Shown here in pieces: positions 13,206 to 26,279 of a DNA stretch of 64,000 nucleotides (positions are counted from its first letter, which is position 1; each line of letters starts with the position of its first letter). Made by a program: the position numbers and the translations under genes. The DNA is from Felis catus. Taxonomy: Eukaryota. The stretch covers positions 208,694,001 through 208,758,000 of the forward strand of contig NC_058368.1 in assembly GCF_018350175.1 (NCBI RefSeq), given 5' to 3'. The notes below the pieces were generated by a model that saw nothing but the letters and a program-made list of their open reading frames with translations, searched no databases and was not told the origin of the DNA.

Positions 13206-13429
13206 GGAAGCAAACCCACAAATACCTGCCTTTCAGGAAATAAGGCTTCTGCTCCCAAACTCTCATTTGTTTCAAGATCCACTTAGCATCTTTAGCCATA
13301 ACTGTTGCTGACTCTGTACAAGTGGAATATGCAAAGACAGTTTATGCATGCCAATCAGTTATGGATGCAGGTGGCAACTCTGGCCAATGGAGTCCTAGTT
13401 CTGTTTCTTCCTCTTCTACCATGCCTTCT

Positions 13430-13511
13430 TATTTAATTATTTTACTTAATTAAATTAATTTTACTTGATTAATTTTAATTAATTAATTTTATTAATTTTA
13501 CTTAATTAAAA
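13430..13511. repeat. AT-rich degenerate tandem repeat (TTTTACTTAATTA-like)
   Basis: Direct read. Confidence 0.8.
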
Positions 13512-14394
13512 TGTATTTACTGAGTGAGGAAATAAATAAAAGTGGTTAAGGACACTGAATATAATCATTGTTCAGACTCCTTTAGGTCCAGGAATTCTAG
13601 TTTCAAATCATTTTGTCTAGCTAGTTACCAGTCTCTTAGATATAGTAGAAATAGAAGGTCATGATACACAGAACTACTAAGTTGGATGGGGGGAGGAAGT
13701 GGTTGGAATTGAGGGTATCATCCTAGCTTACTGGGATCCAAAGTAGAAAACATACTTCGATGGTGTTGCAAAGGGCTGGAAATATGACAACATATGCAAT
13801 GGTGACCTTTGCAAATTTTCCTAGGATCAACCATTTTTTGGAGCATAAAGTGCAGGTGAGAAGCAAAGTATATAGGATCAAAAGAAAAGCAGCAGTGCCA
13901 ACCTCACCTAAACACTATGGCCCCGTGGGCAGGGCTTCATAGATTATGAAGTAAATTGCAATTCCTCCCTCAGGCCACACTCACAAAAAAAAAAAAAAAA
14001 AAAAGGATTTGTTCCCCAAGAAAGAAACCATGGGTTTATAAGTACCAGCTTTTTGACAGTATATTCAGCAATGGTTCAGAAGGCCAGGGTTTGCATACAG
14101 TCCTTAGCGTGTATAATTCTACAGCCTGCATTCAAATTTCCTAAAATGTCATCTGTAGACTTCAATAAAATCAACTGATAGATGCCACTTGCCACAAGTA
14201 TATTAATTAGGTTATATTCAGTATTCAGAACCTCTGAGATGGAACAGGATGACCACTGGGTTTCTCTGTTAGACCCTATGATTGGTGGGGGGTGGAAGGA
14301 GGGAGAATGGGACACAGGAGAACGTCCTGGCATAGGGAACCAGAATACACAAGTCTTTACAAAAATCAGCTTTTGGTTTTACAGGGAAACTTTA

Positions 14395-15500
14395 CTCATT
14401 TCTTTAATTATTTTTAAATTTCTGTGTAAATAATTTCTACTATTATCTTTATTAATTCCTTCACTCCACATTCTTTATTTTTCTCACATGTATCTAGTTG
14501 TTTCTTTTTTAACTTTGGCATTTTTATTCAGGCATGTATAATTTTTTTTTTATCTAGCTTCTTAATTTCAAAGATTGGGTCTTTTTTGTCTTGCTTTTCC
14601 TAATAAATATAATTATGATAACAAATATTTCTCTGAGTACTGTCTTGGCCCTATCAATGGTACTTTTATTATATTGCATTTCTAAATAGTTTTTTATTAC
14701 CTCTTTGACTCAGATGTTACAAAGATGTTGGCTTTTTTTTTTCTTCAAGGAGTACAGCTTTTAATTTTAAGAAATACAATTGGTTTTTGGTTTGAGAGGG
14801 TTTTTGTTTTTGTTTTTGTTTTCTTTCTCAATTTCTAATTTAAGTGCATGTGATTTTTATTTAATTTGTAAACATTTTCTAATATAGGATTGATATTTTT
14901 GACAGCTTAATGTGCTTTTGAAGAAATGGATGCTGTTCATTGGCTGTGTGTGTGTGCATGGTGTGTAAAGTTTATTGTGTTAATCAAATCTTTTATTATT
15001 TTTTCTTTCAAGTTTTTATTTCTGGTTAGTTAATATATGGGGTAATAGTAGTTTCAGGAGTAGAATTTAATGGTTCATCACTTACATACAACACCCAGTG
15101 CTCATCACAAGTGCCCTCCTTGACAGCCATCACCATTTAACCCATCCCCCCACCCACCTCCCCTCCACCAACAATCAAATCTTTTATATTCTTATTTTTA
15201 GTGTATTTGATTTATGTATTTCCAAAAAAATGTTAAAGTCTGTTGTGATTGTGGATCTATTTATCCTTATATTTTCTATTTGCTTTTGCTTTATATATTT
15301 AGGAGCTATGTTGTCAGAGTCATAAAGGTTTGTTTGATAACTTTCACTACTTTTATTACTCTGAAATGTTCTTCTTTGGTCATTTTAATATCTACCTTGA
15401 ATTTTCTTTTGTCTGATATCAGTAGTGTCAGATTTCCTCTATTCTGGTCAGCATTTTCCTTTATTTTTTTTCCATTCCTTCATTTCAACCATTGTGTGTC
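14395..15500 (-). mobile_element. Old decayed L1 (L1M-type) fragment with a nested younger L1 3' end
   Basis: T-rich antisense L1 character (TTTCTCTGAGTACTG; TTTGCTTTATATATTT..GCTATGTTGT; TTGTCTGATAT). Confidence 0.65.
14996..15172 (-). mobile_element. Short carnivore L1 3' end
   Basis: GTTTCAGGAGTAGAATTTA..CAACACCCAGTGCTCATCACAAG; TSD AATCAAATCTTTTA at 14982-14995 and 15173-15186. Confidence 0.93.
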
Positions 15501-16162
15501 TTCAGCCTGCTTGTGGGAGAGAGTACAACATGTTCTGTGCGGTGTGATTTCTAGCCTGTCTTCTGTGATCTGGAGAGGGAACAGAGTGTGTTATCCCCCT
15601 CAGGGCAGGCCTTTAGTCATCTCCTGGCCTTTAGGGCTCATTATTATACCTGGGTGTCAGCCACAAAAGGCCCCACCCAGCCTCTCTTCACTGATTCTTC
15701 CCGCCTAGAGGGACATATATATTGGTTGCTTTTTGCCTGGAGAGGTAGAGGCAGAAAAGAGGGAGATGGCACCTGGTCAACAGACCTGTTTGCTTCTGCT
15801 GCAGAACCCTAACTAATCACCCTGTCAGTTGCCACAGGGCTTCTTGCCAGACCTCTGAAAGTCACCAAGCTTTTGGCTAGAAATGTCCTTGGAGTCATAC
15901 CCACCTTTGTAAGAGTTTGCTCCTGAATGTGTTTTAGGCTGTGATTTCATTCTTCAATCAGATCTCAACTATGTTCCATATTTCTGAAATTTATCAAATG
16001 TTTTTTTGGCCAACTGATGACTATTTTGTTTGGGAGCATGATTTGGGGGGCCATGATTTCTGGGGATTTTGTGTGGGAGGGAGAGGCTGCAAGGATTTCC
16101 ATAATACTTGTTCTGTCTCTTCCATTATTTCTTTAATCCAGATGATCAAAAATAGGACTCTG

Positions 16163-16292
16163 AGGAGTGCCTGGGTGGCTCAGTCGGTTAAGCGTCTGAT
16201 ATTTGATTTCAGTTCAGGTCATGAGCTCACAGTCTTGAGACTAAATCCCACATCAGGCTCCATGCTGCTTAAGATTCTCTCTCTTAAAAACA
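16163..16292 (+). mobile_element. Short older CanSINE
   Basis: GTGCCTGGGTGGCTCAGTCGGTTAAGCG head; TSD AAAATAGGACTC on both sides. Confidence 0.9.
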
Positions 16293-16469
16293 AAAATAGG
16301 ACTCCAAGGCAAAGCATGTGAATATTTTTAGGAACCTTGATACATACCGCCAAACTGCTTTCTAGAAGGATTATAATAATTTACACCATCAACAGCAATT
16401 CCTTCAATGGAAATTTTGCTCATTGTTTAGAAGAAAAAGAGAAGTTAGAAATCAAGTAGAGGGATGGTT

Positions 16470-16870
16470 AAAGTTTTTAAAAATAGTTTTATAAAGGTAT
16501 AATTGACATACAATAAGCCACACATATTTAAAGTATATAATTTGATAAATTTGGGTATATATATATATATATGGTGTATATATATATATATATGGTGTAT
16601 ATATATATATGAAGTGTATATATATATGAGATGTATATATGTACGTATATATATATGAGTATATATATATATGAAGTATATATATATGTAAGGTATATAT
16701 ATATATGAAGTACATATATATATACATGAGGTGTATATATATATATATATATATGAGGTATATACATATATATATGAGGTATATATATATATATGAGGTG
16801 TATATATATATGAGGTATATACATATATATATATGAGGTGTATATATATAGAGAGAGAGATTTATATATC

Positions 16871-16919
<49 letters not shown>

Positions 16920-18050
16920 GTATCTGTGAATATATAAATCACACCACCGTCAAGAGATCAAAGATATCCAACAATCTGGAAAGTTTCCTGACATCCCTTG
17001 GCAATCCCTCTTTCCTACTCCCGCCTGCCTCACTCTCCCATCCCCAGGTAAACACTGATCTGATTTCTATCACTGTTGATTAATTTATATTTTCTAGAGT
17101 TTTATAGAAACAGAATCATATACATATACCTTTTTCTCTGGTTTTCACTCAGAATAATTATTTTGACATTCATCCATATTATTTCATGTGTCAACAATTT
17201 ACTCCTCTTTATTGCTGAGTAGTATTTCATATATATATACTCTTGAAGTTACCCCACAGCTCACAGATGCTCTGGTTATTTTTAAAAAATTTTTCCTGTG
17301 TGTTTCATTTTTTACAGTTTCTATTATGTCTTCAAATTCACAATTCTTTTCTTCTGTGATGTCTAATATGCTATTTATCCCATCCAATGTATTTGTCACC
17401 TCAGATGTCATAGCTTTCACGTGTAGAGGCTGATTTGGCTTTCTTTAAGATATCTTCCATATCTCTATTTTACTTTTGTACATCTGGATTATAGTTATAA
17501 TAATTGTTTTTAATGTTCTTGTCTGTTAATTCCAATGCCTATGTCAATTTTAAGTAAGTGTGATTGCTTTTTGCCTTGTTATGGGTTATATTTTCCTGCT
17601 TTTTTTTTTTGGCATACTTGGCAATTTTTTATTGAATTCCAGCCACTGTGAATTTTACTTTGTTTGCTGTTAGATACTTTTATATTCCTATAAATATTTT
17701 TGAGTTTTATTCAAGGATACAATTACAAGGAAACAGTTTGGTCCTTTTTGTTCTTGCTTGCAAGACTTGTCAGGTGGACCAGAGCAGTGTTTAACTTAGG
17801 GATAATGATTTCCCACCACTGAAACAAGACATTTCTGAGTATTCTACCCACTGCTACATGAACTCCAGTCTCCTGTGTGAGCACCAGAGACTATTCCTTC
17901 TAATGCTTTTGTCTGGTTCTTTCTCTGGCTTCAGTTTCCTCATATGTATGAGCTGGTATCCACTATTCTTTTATATATTACATCTTTGTTCATTTCAGGT
18001 GGAAAGGTAAATCCAATCCCTTTTATTCCGTCTTTATAGGAGCAAACTAA
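16470..18050 (-). mobile_element. Old L1M fragments (3' end plus ORF1-region), interrupted by a TA minisatellite
   Basis: GGTATAATTGACATACAATAA..TTTAAAGTATATAATTTGAT; CACTGATCTGATTTCTATCACT; TTCATCCATATT; TCTTCAAATTCAC. Confidence 0.8.
16557..16916. repeat. TA-rich minisatellite, GAGGT(G/A)(TA)n units
   Basis: More than ten repeats of GAGGT/GAAGT/GGTGT separated by variable (TA)n. Confidence 0.97.
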
Positions 18051-18501
18051 ACTTTTTTAGTGTGAAAAGGCTTTTTTCAAATAATGTCACTATATAACAC
18101 AGATACAAAGCAAAGCTCCTGTGACTCAAAGTGAGGTAAAGTATTGATAGCCTGAGAAAATCTGCCCACAAAACTTCATCCTTGATGCTCTCAGAAGCTA
18201 AAGCTCTCCCCTGATCCTTAGAGATTCACAAAGCCAATTTAAAGACCACTAGATCTGGTCAAACTCTTCTTTTTTATACTTGATGCAACTGATACCTAAA
18301 ATGGTGAGTCACTTGCCCAAAGTCACACTGCTAAAATCTAGGTCATAGGATGAAAAGGAATGATGACTGCACACAAGTAAAGGCCTCAAGAATCGTAGCA
18401 ATTCTTACTATGTCTGCCCCTGTATTTTTTAATTTCCAAAATACTGACTAATATTGAACAGATAAGAAAGACTGTGGTGAGTTTAAGAAAGGACCCAGTG
18501 C

Positions 18502-18720
18502 GGGGCGCCTGGGTGGTTCAGTCGGTTAAACATCTAACTTTGGCTCAGGTCATGATCTCACAGTTCATGAGTTCGAGCCCCACGTTGGGCTCTGTGCTGA
18601 CAGCTCAGAGCCTGGAGCCTGTTTCATATTCTGTGTCTGCCTCTCTCTCTGCCCCTCCCCTGTTCACGCGCTGTCTCTGTCTCAAGAATAAATAAACATT
18701 AAAAAAAAATTTGTTTTAAA
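18502..18720 (+). mobile_element. CanSINE
   Basis: Full SINE; perfect 17-bp TSD AAGAAAGGACCCAGTGC at 18485-18501 and 18721-18737. Confidence 0.97.
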
Positions 18721-19381
18721 AAGAAAGGACCCAGTGCATTTCCTAGGAAAGGTTCTCAATGAGCTTCAGCTCAGCTCACAGATCTCTGGCAAAGAGCAGA
18801 CTCCCGAAGACTAGAACCCAGATCCCTGAATCATAGGCAAGTGTTCTGTCTACTGTATCCCATCTTCTCCCTTCCATCTGTAAAATTCTAGAATCCGCTG
18901 AGACCCTTTTTGCTACACACCAGATACTTAAAAAGAGATTACTGACCAAGAACAATGTGTTTGTGATTGTTGGCAAAATTTCCTGTGAGCACAGAAATCT
19001 CAATCCCACACTAAAAAAGTACAGATTCCATTTTGCCTTGAACATCATGCAATAGGGTATAGTGTGATGGTGTTTATAAAGCAAGCTACAAGGAAGACAG
19101 TTCATCAAATAGGAATGACAGTCTAGGCCCCCACTGAAAACAACAAAATAGGAAAGGTATGGGTGCCAGGAGCGTCTAACTTAGACACTGACATACTGGA
19201 TGAGTCTGGATTTGCCACTCAATGAATTTCAAATTCCTTGTCTTTAAATAGTATTCATAGAACCTGCTGCAGCTTGATTCCCAGAGAATCCAGAAGCTAT
19301 AAGTGGATTTAAAAACAATTTGTAAATCACTTAGCGCTCCTTAGAGATAGGAGGATATATAAATATGTGGTACTACTATAA

Positions 19382-19440
19382 AGTTAACCGTACTTAAATA
19401 TAGTTAGCCATACTTAAGTATGCTAACCATACTTAAATAT
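19382..19440. repeat. Three ~20-bp tandem repeats
   Basis: AGTTAACCGTACTTAAATAT / AGTTAGCCATACTTAAGTAT / GCTAACCATACTTAAATAT. Confidence 0.9.
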
Positions 19441-20644
19441 TTACAATATTACCATTGAGAGGGATTATCTGCAAAACTCTTAGTGTCTTCTCCAATTAAT
19501 ATTCCAAATGATAGAGAAGCTAATTATCCTGGAGTCTTGCTATACTGTAATCTTACTATAGCCCAGAAATTAAGATACATTTAGAACTTTTTCTGTATCA
19601 GTGAGAACGGAAGGAATCTCAACACAATATGGCTATTCCCACACCACATCACAGACCTCAGAGCCAGCACCAGTAAGGAGCGTTCAGCATCCTTCTTGAG
19701 GATTCAGTCTTATCACTGTGCCCAACATTAGAGAAAAAAATTACCAAGTAGTTTGATCATTTTGTGATCTAGTTGTTATTTCTGATACATATTTGTTTGC
19801 AAATTCAGTGCTCAAAAGATGGTTTATTTCACCTAAAGCTGTGCCTTCAGTTTAGGATAACAAGATATCATTAGGCAGATGGTAAACTGCAGGCTGCTGA
19901 TGGCTGTACAGGTATGAATGAGCCTCTGAAACTGTCCTGTACACAACCTGCTCCATCATGCATAGCTTCCCTTATTCTACTCTAGTACTAGAAGAAAACT
20001 GAGTCAGAAAAGGGAATATGGGAACATGAGGAAGCCAGGCAACAGAATTCCTATAAAAGATATGCACACACAGATAATAATAGATCTGTTATGGATTTTA
20101 CATTCACAGATCTATATATAAAATGTTGTATTTGTTTGCATAAACACATTACATTTACCCATAAAAATGTTTAACACATACACATAAGCTGCGTACATTT
20201 ACTGAGCCCCTATTACTAGGCATATAATAAGAACTTCATAATTATTCAAATACATTAATGAACATATACTTACTGTGAAAGCTATATACTATGGCAACTA
20301 AACTAATATGAACTCCTAATTTTTATCAGGATGAAGAAAAAAGCAATGTTAATTTTCATCCCGTTAGAACGGGTCTACTAGTTCCAGAAGACTCCAAAAG
20401 AACACATAACCTAGAGTTGCAAGCATAATAACCATTAAGTGTGACCTAATCAGCACAAATTAGCTGAATTCCCTATACCATGTACAGAAACTATTTAATT
20501 CTAAAAATCCTGTTCCTGAAAGTACAACTTTCACTATTGGCCGACGACATGATTCTATATTTAGAAAACCATAAAGACTCCACCAAAAAACTAGAACTGA
20601 TAAATGAATTCAGTAAGGTCACAAGACACAAAGTCAACATACAA

Positions 20645-21125
20645 TATATACAGTGAAACATTACACAGTCATAAAAAAGGATGACATTGTACCATTTGAG
20701 ACAACATGGATGAACCCAGGTCTTATCCTTAAGTGAACTAAGTCAGACTGAGAAAGATAAATACCACATGATTCCACTCATAAATCAAATCCAAAAAAAT
20801 GAATAAACAAACAAAAAGCAGAATCAGAACAATAAATATGGAGAACAAATTGATGGTTGCCAGAGGGGAGAGGTGGGGGATTAGGCAAAATTGGGGTAGA
20901 GGAATGGGAGATACAGACCTCCAATAATGGAATAAGTCACAAGAACATAAAGCAGAGCATAAGGAATATACTCAATGATATTCCAATAGTGATGTAATAG
21001 GACAGATGGTGAACAGAGCATAACGTATAAATAAACTTGTTAAATCACTGAGTTGTACACCTGAAACTAATGTAACATTGTGTGTCAAATACTAAAATAC
21101 AAAACTTTTTTTAAAAAGCCAAAAA
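20645..21125 (+). mobile_element. Second L1 3' end nested inside the truncated L1
   Basis: CCATTTGAGACAACATGGATG..GTTGTACACCTGAAACTAATGTAACATTG + A tail; interrupts ORF2 between GTCAACATACA and CCAGTATACA, contiguous in the other L1 at ~30580-30600. Confidence 0.9.
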
Positions 21126-22532
21126 AACCAGTATACAGAAATCTGTTACATTTCCCTACACTAATAATGAAGTATCAAAAAGAGAAATTAAGAAAGCATT
21201 CCCATTTACAATTGCACCAAAAATAAAAAATACCTAGGAAAAACTTAACTGAGGAGGTGAAACACCTGTACTCTGAAAACTATAAAACACCAATGAGAGT
21301 AATTGAAGGCAACACAAATGGTAAGATGTTCCATGCTGATGGATTAGAAGAACAAATATTGCTAAATGTCCATACTACTCAAAACAACCTACAGATTTCA
21401 TGCAATCCTATCAAAATACCAAAAGAATTCTTCACATAACTAGAACAAATAATCCTACAATTTGTATGGATCCACAGAAGATACAGAATAGCCAAAGCAA
21501 TCTTGAAAACGAAGAACAAAACTGGGAAGTATCACAATCCCAGATATAAAGAGATACTACCAAGCTGTAGTAATTAAAACAGTATGGTACTGGCACACAC
21601 ACAAAAAAAGACACGTAGTCAGTGGAACAGAGAGACGGCCCAGAAATAAACCTATGAAAAAAATATGATCAAAGGAGGCAGGGACATGCAATGAGAAAAA
21701 GACCATCTCTTCAACAAATGGTGTTGGGAAAATTGGACAGCTACACGCAAAAGAATGAAACTGGACCACTTGCTCACACCATACACAAAAGTAAACTCAA
21801 AATGGATTAAGGACCCAAATGTGAGGCCTGAAACCATAAAAATCTTAGAAGAGAGCACAGGCAGTCATGTCTCTGACATTGGTCATAGCAACACTTTTCT
21901 AGCTATGTCTCCTGAGGCAAGGGAAACAAAAGCAAAAATAAACTACTGGGACTACATCAAAAGAAAGACCTCTGCACAGCAAAGGAAACCATCCAGAAAA
22001 GTAAAGGACAACCTACCGAATAGGAGGAGATATTTGCAAATTACTTATCTGATAAAGGGTTAGTATCCAAAACATGTACAACACCCCAAACCCAATAATC
22101 CAATTAAAAAGGGGCAGAAGACATGAATAGACAGTCCTCCAAAGGGACATCCAGATGACCAACAGACACATGAAAAGATGCTCAACATCACTTGTCATCA
22201 GAAAAATGCAAATTAAAACAACAACGAGTTATCACCTCACACCTGTCAGAATGGCTAAAATCAAAAACACAAGAAACAACGGTGTTGGTAACGATGTGGA
22301 AAAAAAGGAACCCTCGTACACCGTTGGTGGGAATGTGGTCTGGTGGTGCAGCCACTGTGGAAAACAGTATGGAAGTTCCTCAAACAATTAAAAATAGAAT
22401 TGCCATATGATCCAGGAATTCCACTAGTGGGTATTTACCCAAAGAATCCAAAAACACCAGCTCAAAAGATATATCCATCCCTATGTTTACTGTATCATTA
22501 TATACCATAGCCAAATTATGGAAGCAACCCAA

Positions 22533-22534
<2 letters not shown>

Positions 22535-22574
<40 letters not shown>
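22535..22574. repeat. (CA)n microsatellite within L1
   Basis: Direct read. Confidence 0.98.
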
Positions 22575-22577
<3 letters not shown>

Positions 22578-23689
22578 GGAATACTCAACCATAAAAAGGG
22601 GGGAATCTGCCATTTGCAATAGCATGGACAGATCTAGAGAGTATAATGCTAAATGAGAAGTCAGTCATAGACAAATGTCATGCCATTTCACTCATGAGGA
22701 ATTTAAGAAACAAAGAGAAAAACAAAAACAAAAAAAAAACCAGACTCTTAAATCTTAAATATAAAGAACAAACTGGTGGTTGCCAGAGGAAGGTTGGGGG
22801 ATGGATCAAATAGGTGAAGGGGATTAAGAGTATACTTATAATGATGAGCACTGAATAATGTACAGAATTGTTGACTCACTATATTGTACACCTGAAACCA
22901 ATACAACACTCTATGTATAAAGTAGCCTGGATTTAAAAATAAAAATAAAAAATAAAAATTCCTGTTCCTGAAACTCAAACACTATTGTTTTGCTTTGTCC
23001 CTGTTGTCATAGGCAAATTCCACTTTCTAAGAACAGTCATCATGAAAGGGGGGGGGGGGGGGGGCAGGGAGGGAATAATTATCTAAGAATCAGAAGACCT
23101 GCTCTCCAGGTCAGCTCTGTAACTAACAAGCTGAGGGCACTAGTTCTAGTTCCTTCTCTCCATATCTTAACTGCTTAATGAGTAAACTTCATAGTTGCAT
23201 TTAACAATGTACAAGGTCCCTTCGGGCTATGCATGAACTAATTTAGTTTTTTAATTTACTTACACCCTGTCAAATCAATAAGGTTAATAAAATAGAAAAT
23301 TAGAACCAAATGGTAAAAAAGGAAAATGAAAATATGCTTAACAATAAGAGTTAACATAATTGCCAATTAAGTTTTATATTTGACTCTGAGCAATTGGAGA
23401 AAAATCACAAATGCAAGCTTCACAACTTTTCATTTTTAGAAAGGGAGAAAACTTTCCTTTTTTGGAGGTATGATTTTCCATGGTTATAATTCCTGCCGTA
23501 GTTGAGAAGATAAACTGTGACCCTAGGTTCACAAGAGCATCTTCAAGCAAGAAACCTCTCCATATATTCTCCGTATTTAGGTAAAGATTAAACATTTGAA
23601 TGGCACCATTTTTCATAGGTTGTGAAATGTCACTGCGAGGTGACTGGGTACCAACACAATCGAGGGCATCAGAACACAGAGACATTAAA

Positions 23690-24230
23690 TTCTATTTCGG
23701 AGGCCACCCAGCTAGCCGTGAACAGCAGAGAGATTAAACACTCAGGAGTTCCTGACCTGAGATCAGAGGCTCGTTTTAGGTGACGGCCAGCGAAGGCAGG
23801 CGGCGGGGCAGCGGGGTCCAGAGCTGGCTGTCGGTGGAAGCTGACGACACCTGCAAGGAGCACAGGAGGCAGCTGCAACGCAGATGGGGCACTGGGGTCC
23901 CCTGCCGAGCGTGCGGCTCCCTTTCACTCCATCGCAGTCCTGCGGTCTCACTCAGCTCAGTCTTGGCCCGCTGAGTAAAGTGCACCGTTCACTTCCTGTT
24001 CTGCGCAGAAGACCCTTCCGGTGACAGACCCAGGCCGCCGAAGTATCAGCAGGGCTGCAGGATGGCACCGTGTTTCTCAGAGACCCTGGTTGGAGACACC
24101 GTAGGTTAGGGGCTGAGGAAAGGTCTGCCTCGGTGGGGACAGGATGGTCCCGAACAAACCTCAAACACATCCCGGGCCTGTCATCCTACTGCCCTGAGGA
24201 GGTGCCTCCAGGGACGAGGTCACCAAACTG
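23690..24230. promoter_or_regulatory. CpG-rich promoter-like segment (weak CpG island)
   Basis: About 28 CpGs in ~520 bp by hand count in a CpG-poor window; non-repetitive; ETS cores CACTTCCTG (23990-23998) and CTTCCGG (24015-24021); GC-box-like GGCGGCGGGGC (~23799); palindrome TTCTGCGCAGAA (23999-24010). Confidence 0.65.
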
Positions 24231-25299
24231 GTGCCTACAAAGAACTATTAACAGTAGATTTTGAGGGCAATTTGTAGCAACAGTCCCCTCATTTCCTGGT
24301 CTCCAAAGAGTCCTGAGGCTCCTCGGAGAATCAATACTCCCTGGCCCTTCTTCTTAGCTGAGGTGGAGAGAGCCTAAAAAAATATGCTCGAATGCAGCTT
24401 CCAGAGAAAACATGGTATACAGGCACACCACCCTGAAGAACAAATTTTTTGAAACCTCAAAATACCTTGCCTATCAGTGTTCCCCTTGCCCCACCCAAGT
24501 TTTATCTCTCATTAGCCACCAGGGACAATATTTCTAATAAGCATCAAAAAATCATCATTTACTCCTACAGTATCTGTAAAGAGTCTTAGAAATAAAAGGA
24601 ACCTTAAGAAACACGTGCAGCCACTAGAATAGCAAAATAATTATTCCACAGCCAGTCAGTGGAGAATCCAGGAATACGAATTAGCTATCCCATCTCCTAA
24701 ACTGGGAGTTTTCTCTTTCATTAGTATTTTTTCAACAAACATCGACAGTGTGCCTACGAAGGCAAAAGGAAGCCCACACGACCATGCTCTGGCTCTGAAA
24801 ATTTCTGTCTCAGAAGTAACACACATCTTTTCTGCCCACATTTCATGGGCAAGTCACTGGCCATGCCAAATTTATTTCCATGGGATGGATTATCCTTCTG
24901 TGGAAAAATCATCAAGTGTTTGTGAACAGTAAAACAGTCTTCCACAAGAACTGAGGATAAGTCTTGGTTTCACCCAGCTTAGTTAAGGAGTTAGGACCCC
25001 AGAAGGTAAATAGTCCAATAAAGGGGAAGCAACCACAGCACCTCATTCCTCAACCAAATCTACAGACACTCTGAAGATACACACATCAGTGAGGAACACA
25101 GGGCAGAAAAGCTCTCCGGAAGCTCTCTGGGGAGAAGAATGCTTTTTCCAACCTGAGAAATTCAAGAACATATGTGCATAAGTCCCTGACACGGGATCTG
25201 AAATTTTTCATGTACATGCAAATTCAACCAGATGTAGGGCTCTGAGGATGAGACACATCACCATGATGGTGTCTGCTCTTGCTTTTCTTCAGTGTTCTA

Positions 25300-26255
25300 G
25301 ATGCTAAAGCTAGAATGCTCTTTTAAAAACAGAAAACTGGTTGCATTTGCCCAACCCTTCTTCAACTTTCCCATGCACAACTTTCCATTGTTGAAAACCC
25401 ATCAATGGCTTCCCATTGCTTTTACTCTAAAGATTACCATTCTAACTAAGAGTTCTGTATTCTCTCTGTTCTAGGCACACTGGCCTTCTTTTAGTTCTTT
25501 GGGATTATATGCTTCTCCCATCCACAGAGCCATTCTGCATGTTGTGCCCAGCATTTGGAATGCTCTTCTCTACCCTCTTCATCCAGGTAGAGGACAGTCT
25601 TTTGATTGTGGCTTATTGTCATTGCCTTCAGAACGTGTTCCTTGACCTCCTTCACCAAATCAATCTCTTTACATTATTCATATAACAAATATATTTTGAG
25701 GGTCTTCTAAGTGCCAGGCATCTGTGCCATAAAGGTAAGAAAACAATGTGGCAGGGAAGCACAATAAACAATAAATATAAACCCCATCAGGTATGATAGG
25801 TGTAATGAACATATAAACAGGGTAAAGGCCAAAAGGATGGGATATGCACCATTTCAGATAAAGTGGCCAGAGAATACCTATCTAAAGAAGAGACACTCAA
25901 CAGAGCCACCAATGAAGTGGAAGAAAAAAGTTCCAGGTAGAAGGAACAACAGTGCAAAGGTCCTAAAGGTAGAGCGTTGGAGGAAGAGCCACAGGTTTAT
26001 GATTTATTTCCATGCTGTGTACCTTAGTACTTATCACAGTTGCAAGTTAAAACATTCATTTATATTATCTGATTAATGCTCATTGCTTTTCTAGATTATT
26101 CCTTCTATTGACATAAAGACAGGAACCGTATCCATTTTTTGCTCATCATTGACTGTTGAATCTCCTGTGTCCTGCCTGATGCCTAGCACATAATAGATCC
26201 TTGATATGCATCTGTAGAATGAAGAAATGAAGACTACATGAATGAATGATGAAGC
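25300..26255. mobile_element. Decayed L2 fragments
   Basis: AATGGCTTCCCATTGC, CACACTGGCCTTCTTT, TTCCAGGTAGAAGGAACA, GCCTAGCACATAATAG..GAATGAATGA. Confidence 0.65.
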
Positions 26256-26279
26256 AGATCCCTAGATGACCACATATAG

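Larger units (their letters stand above)
20522..22955 (+). mobile_element. 5'-truncated carnivore L1 (RT motif to poly(A)), disrupted
   Basis: Starts at LSLLADDMILYLEN; ORF2 C-terminal peptides ([31 protein letters not shown]); 3' UTR and A tail; TSD AAAAT(T)CCTGTTCCTGAAA at ~20503-20521 and ~22955-22973. Confidence 0.97.

Noticed and set aside
16452..17083. Tyr/Ile-rich ORFs
   Set aside because: Translations of (TA)n repeats
18474..18695. Recurring ORFs such as AQVMISQFMSSSP..AQSLEPASDSVS (also 3644, 30022, 44180, 62973) as a gene family
   Set aside because: They are translations of CanSINE copies
19382..19440. Three ~20-bp repeats as a CRISPR-like array
   Set aside because: Directly adjacent with no spacers; ordinary short tandem repeat
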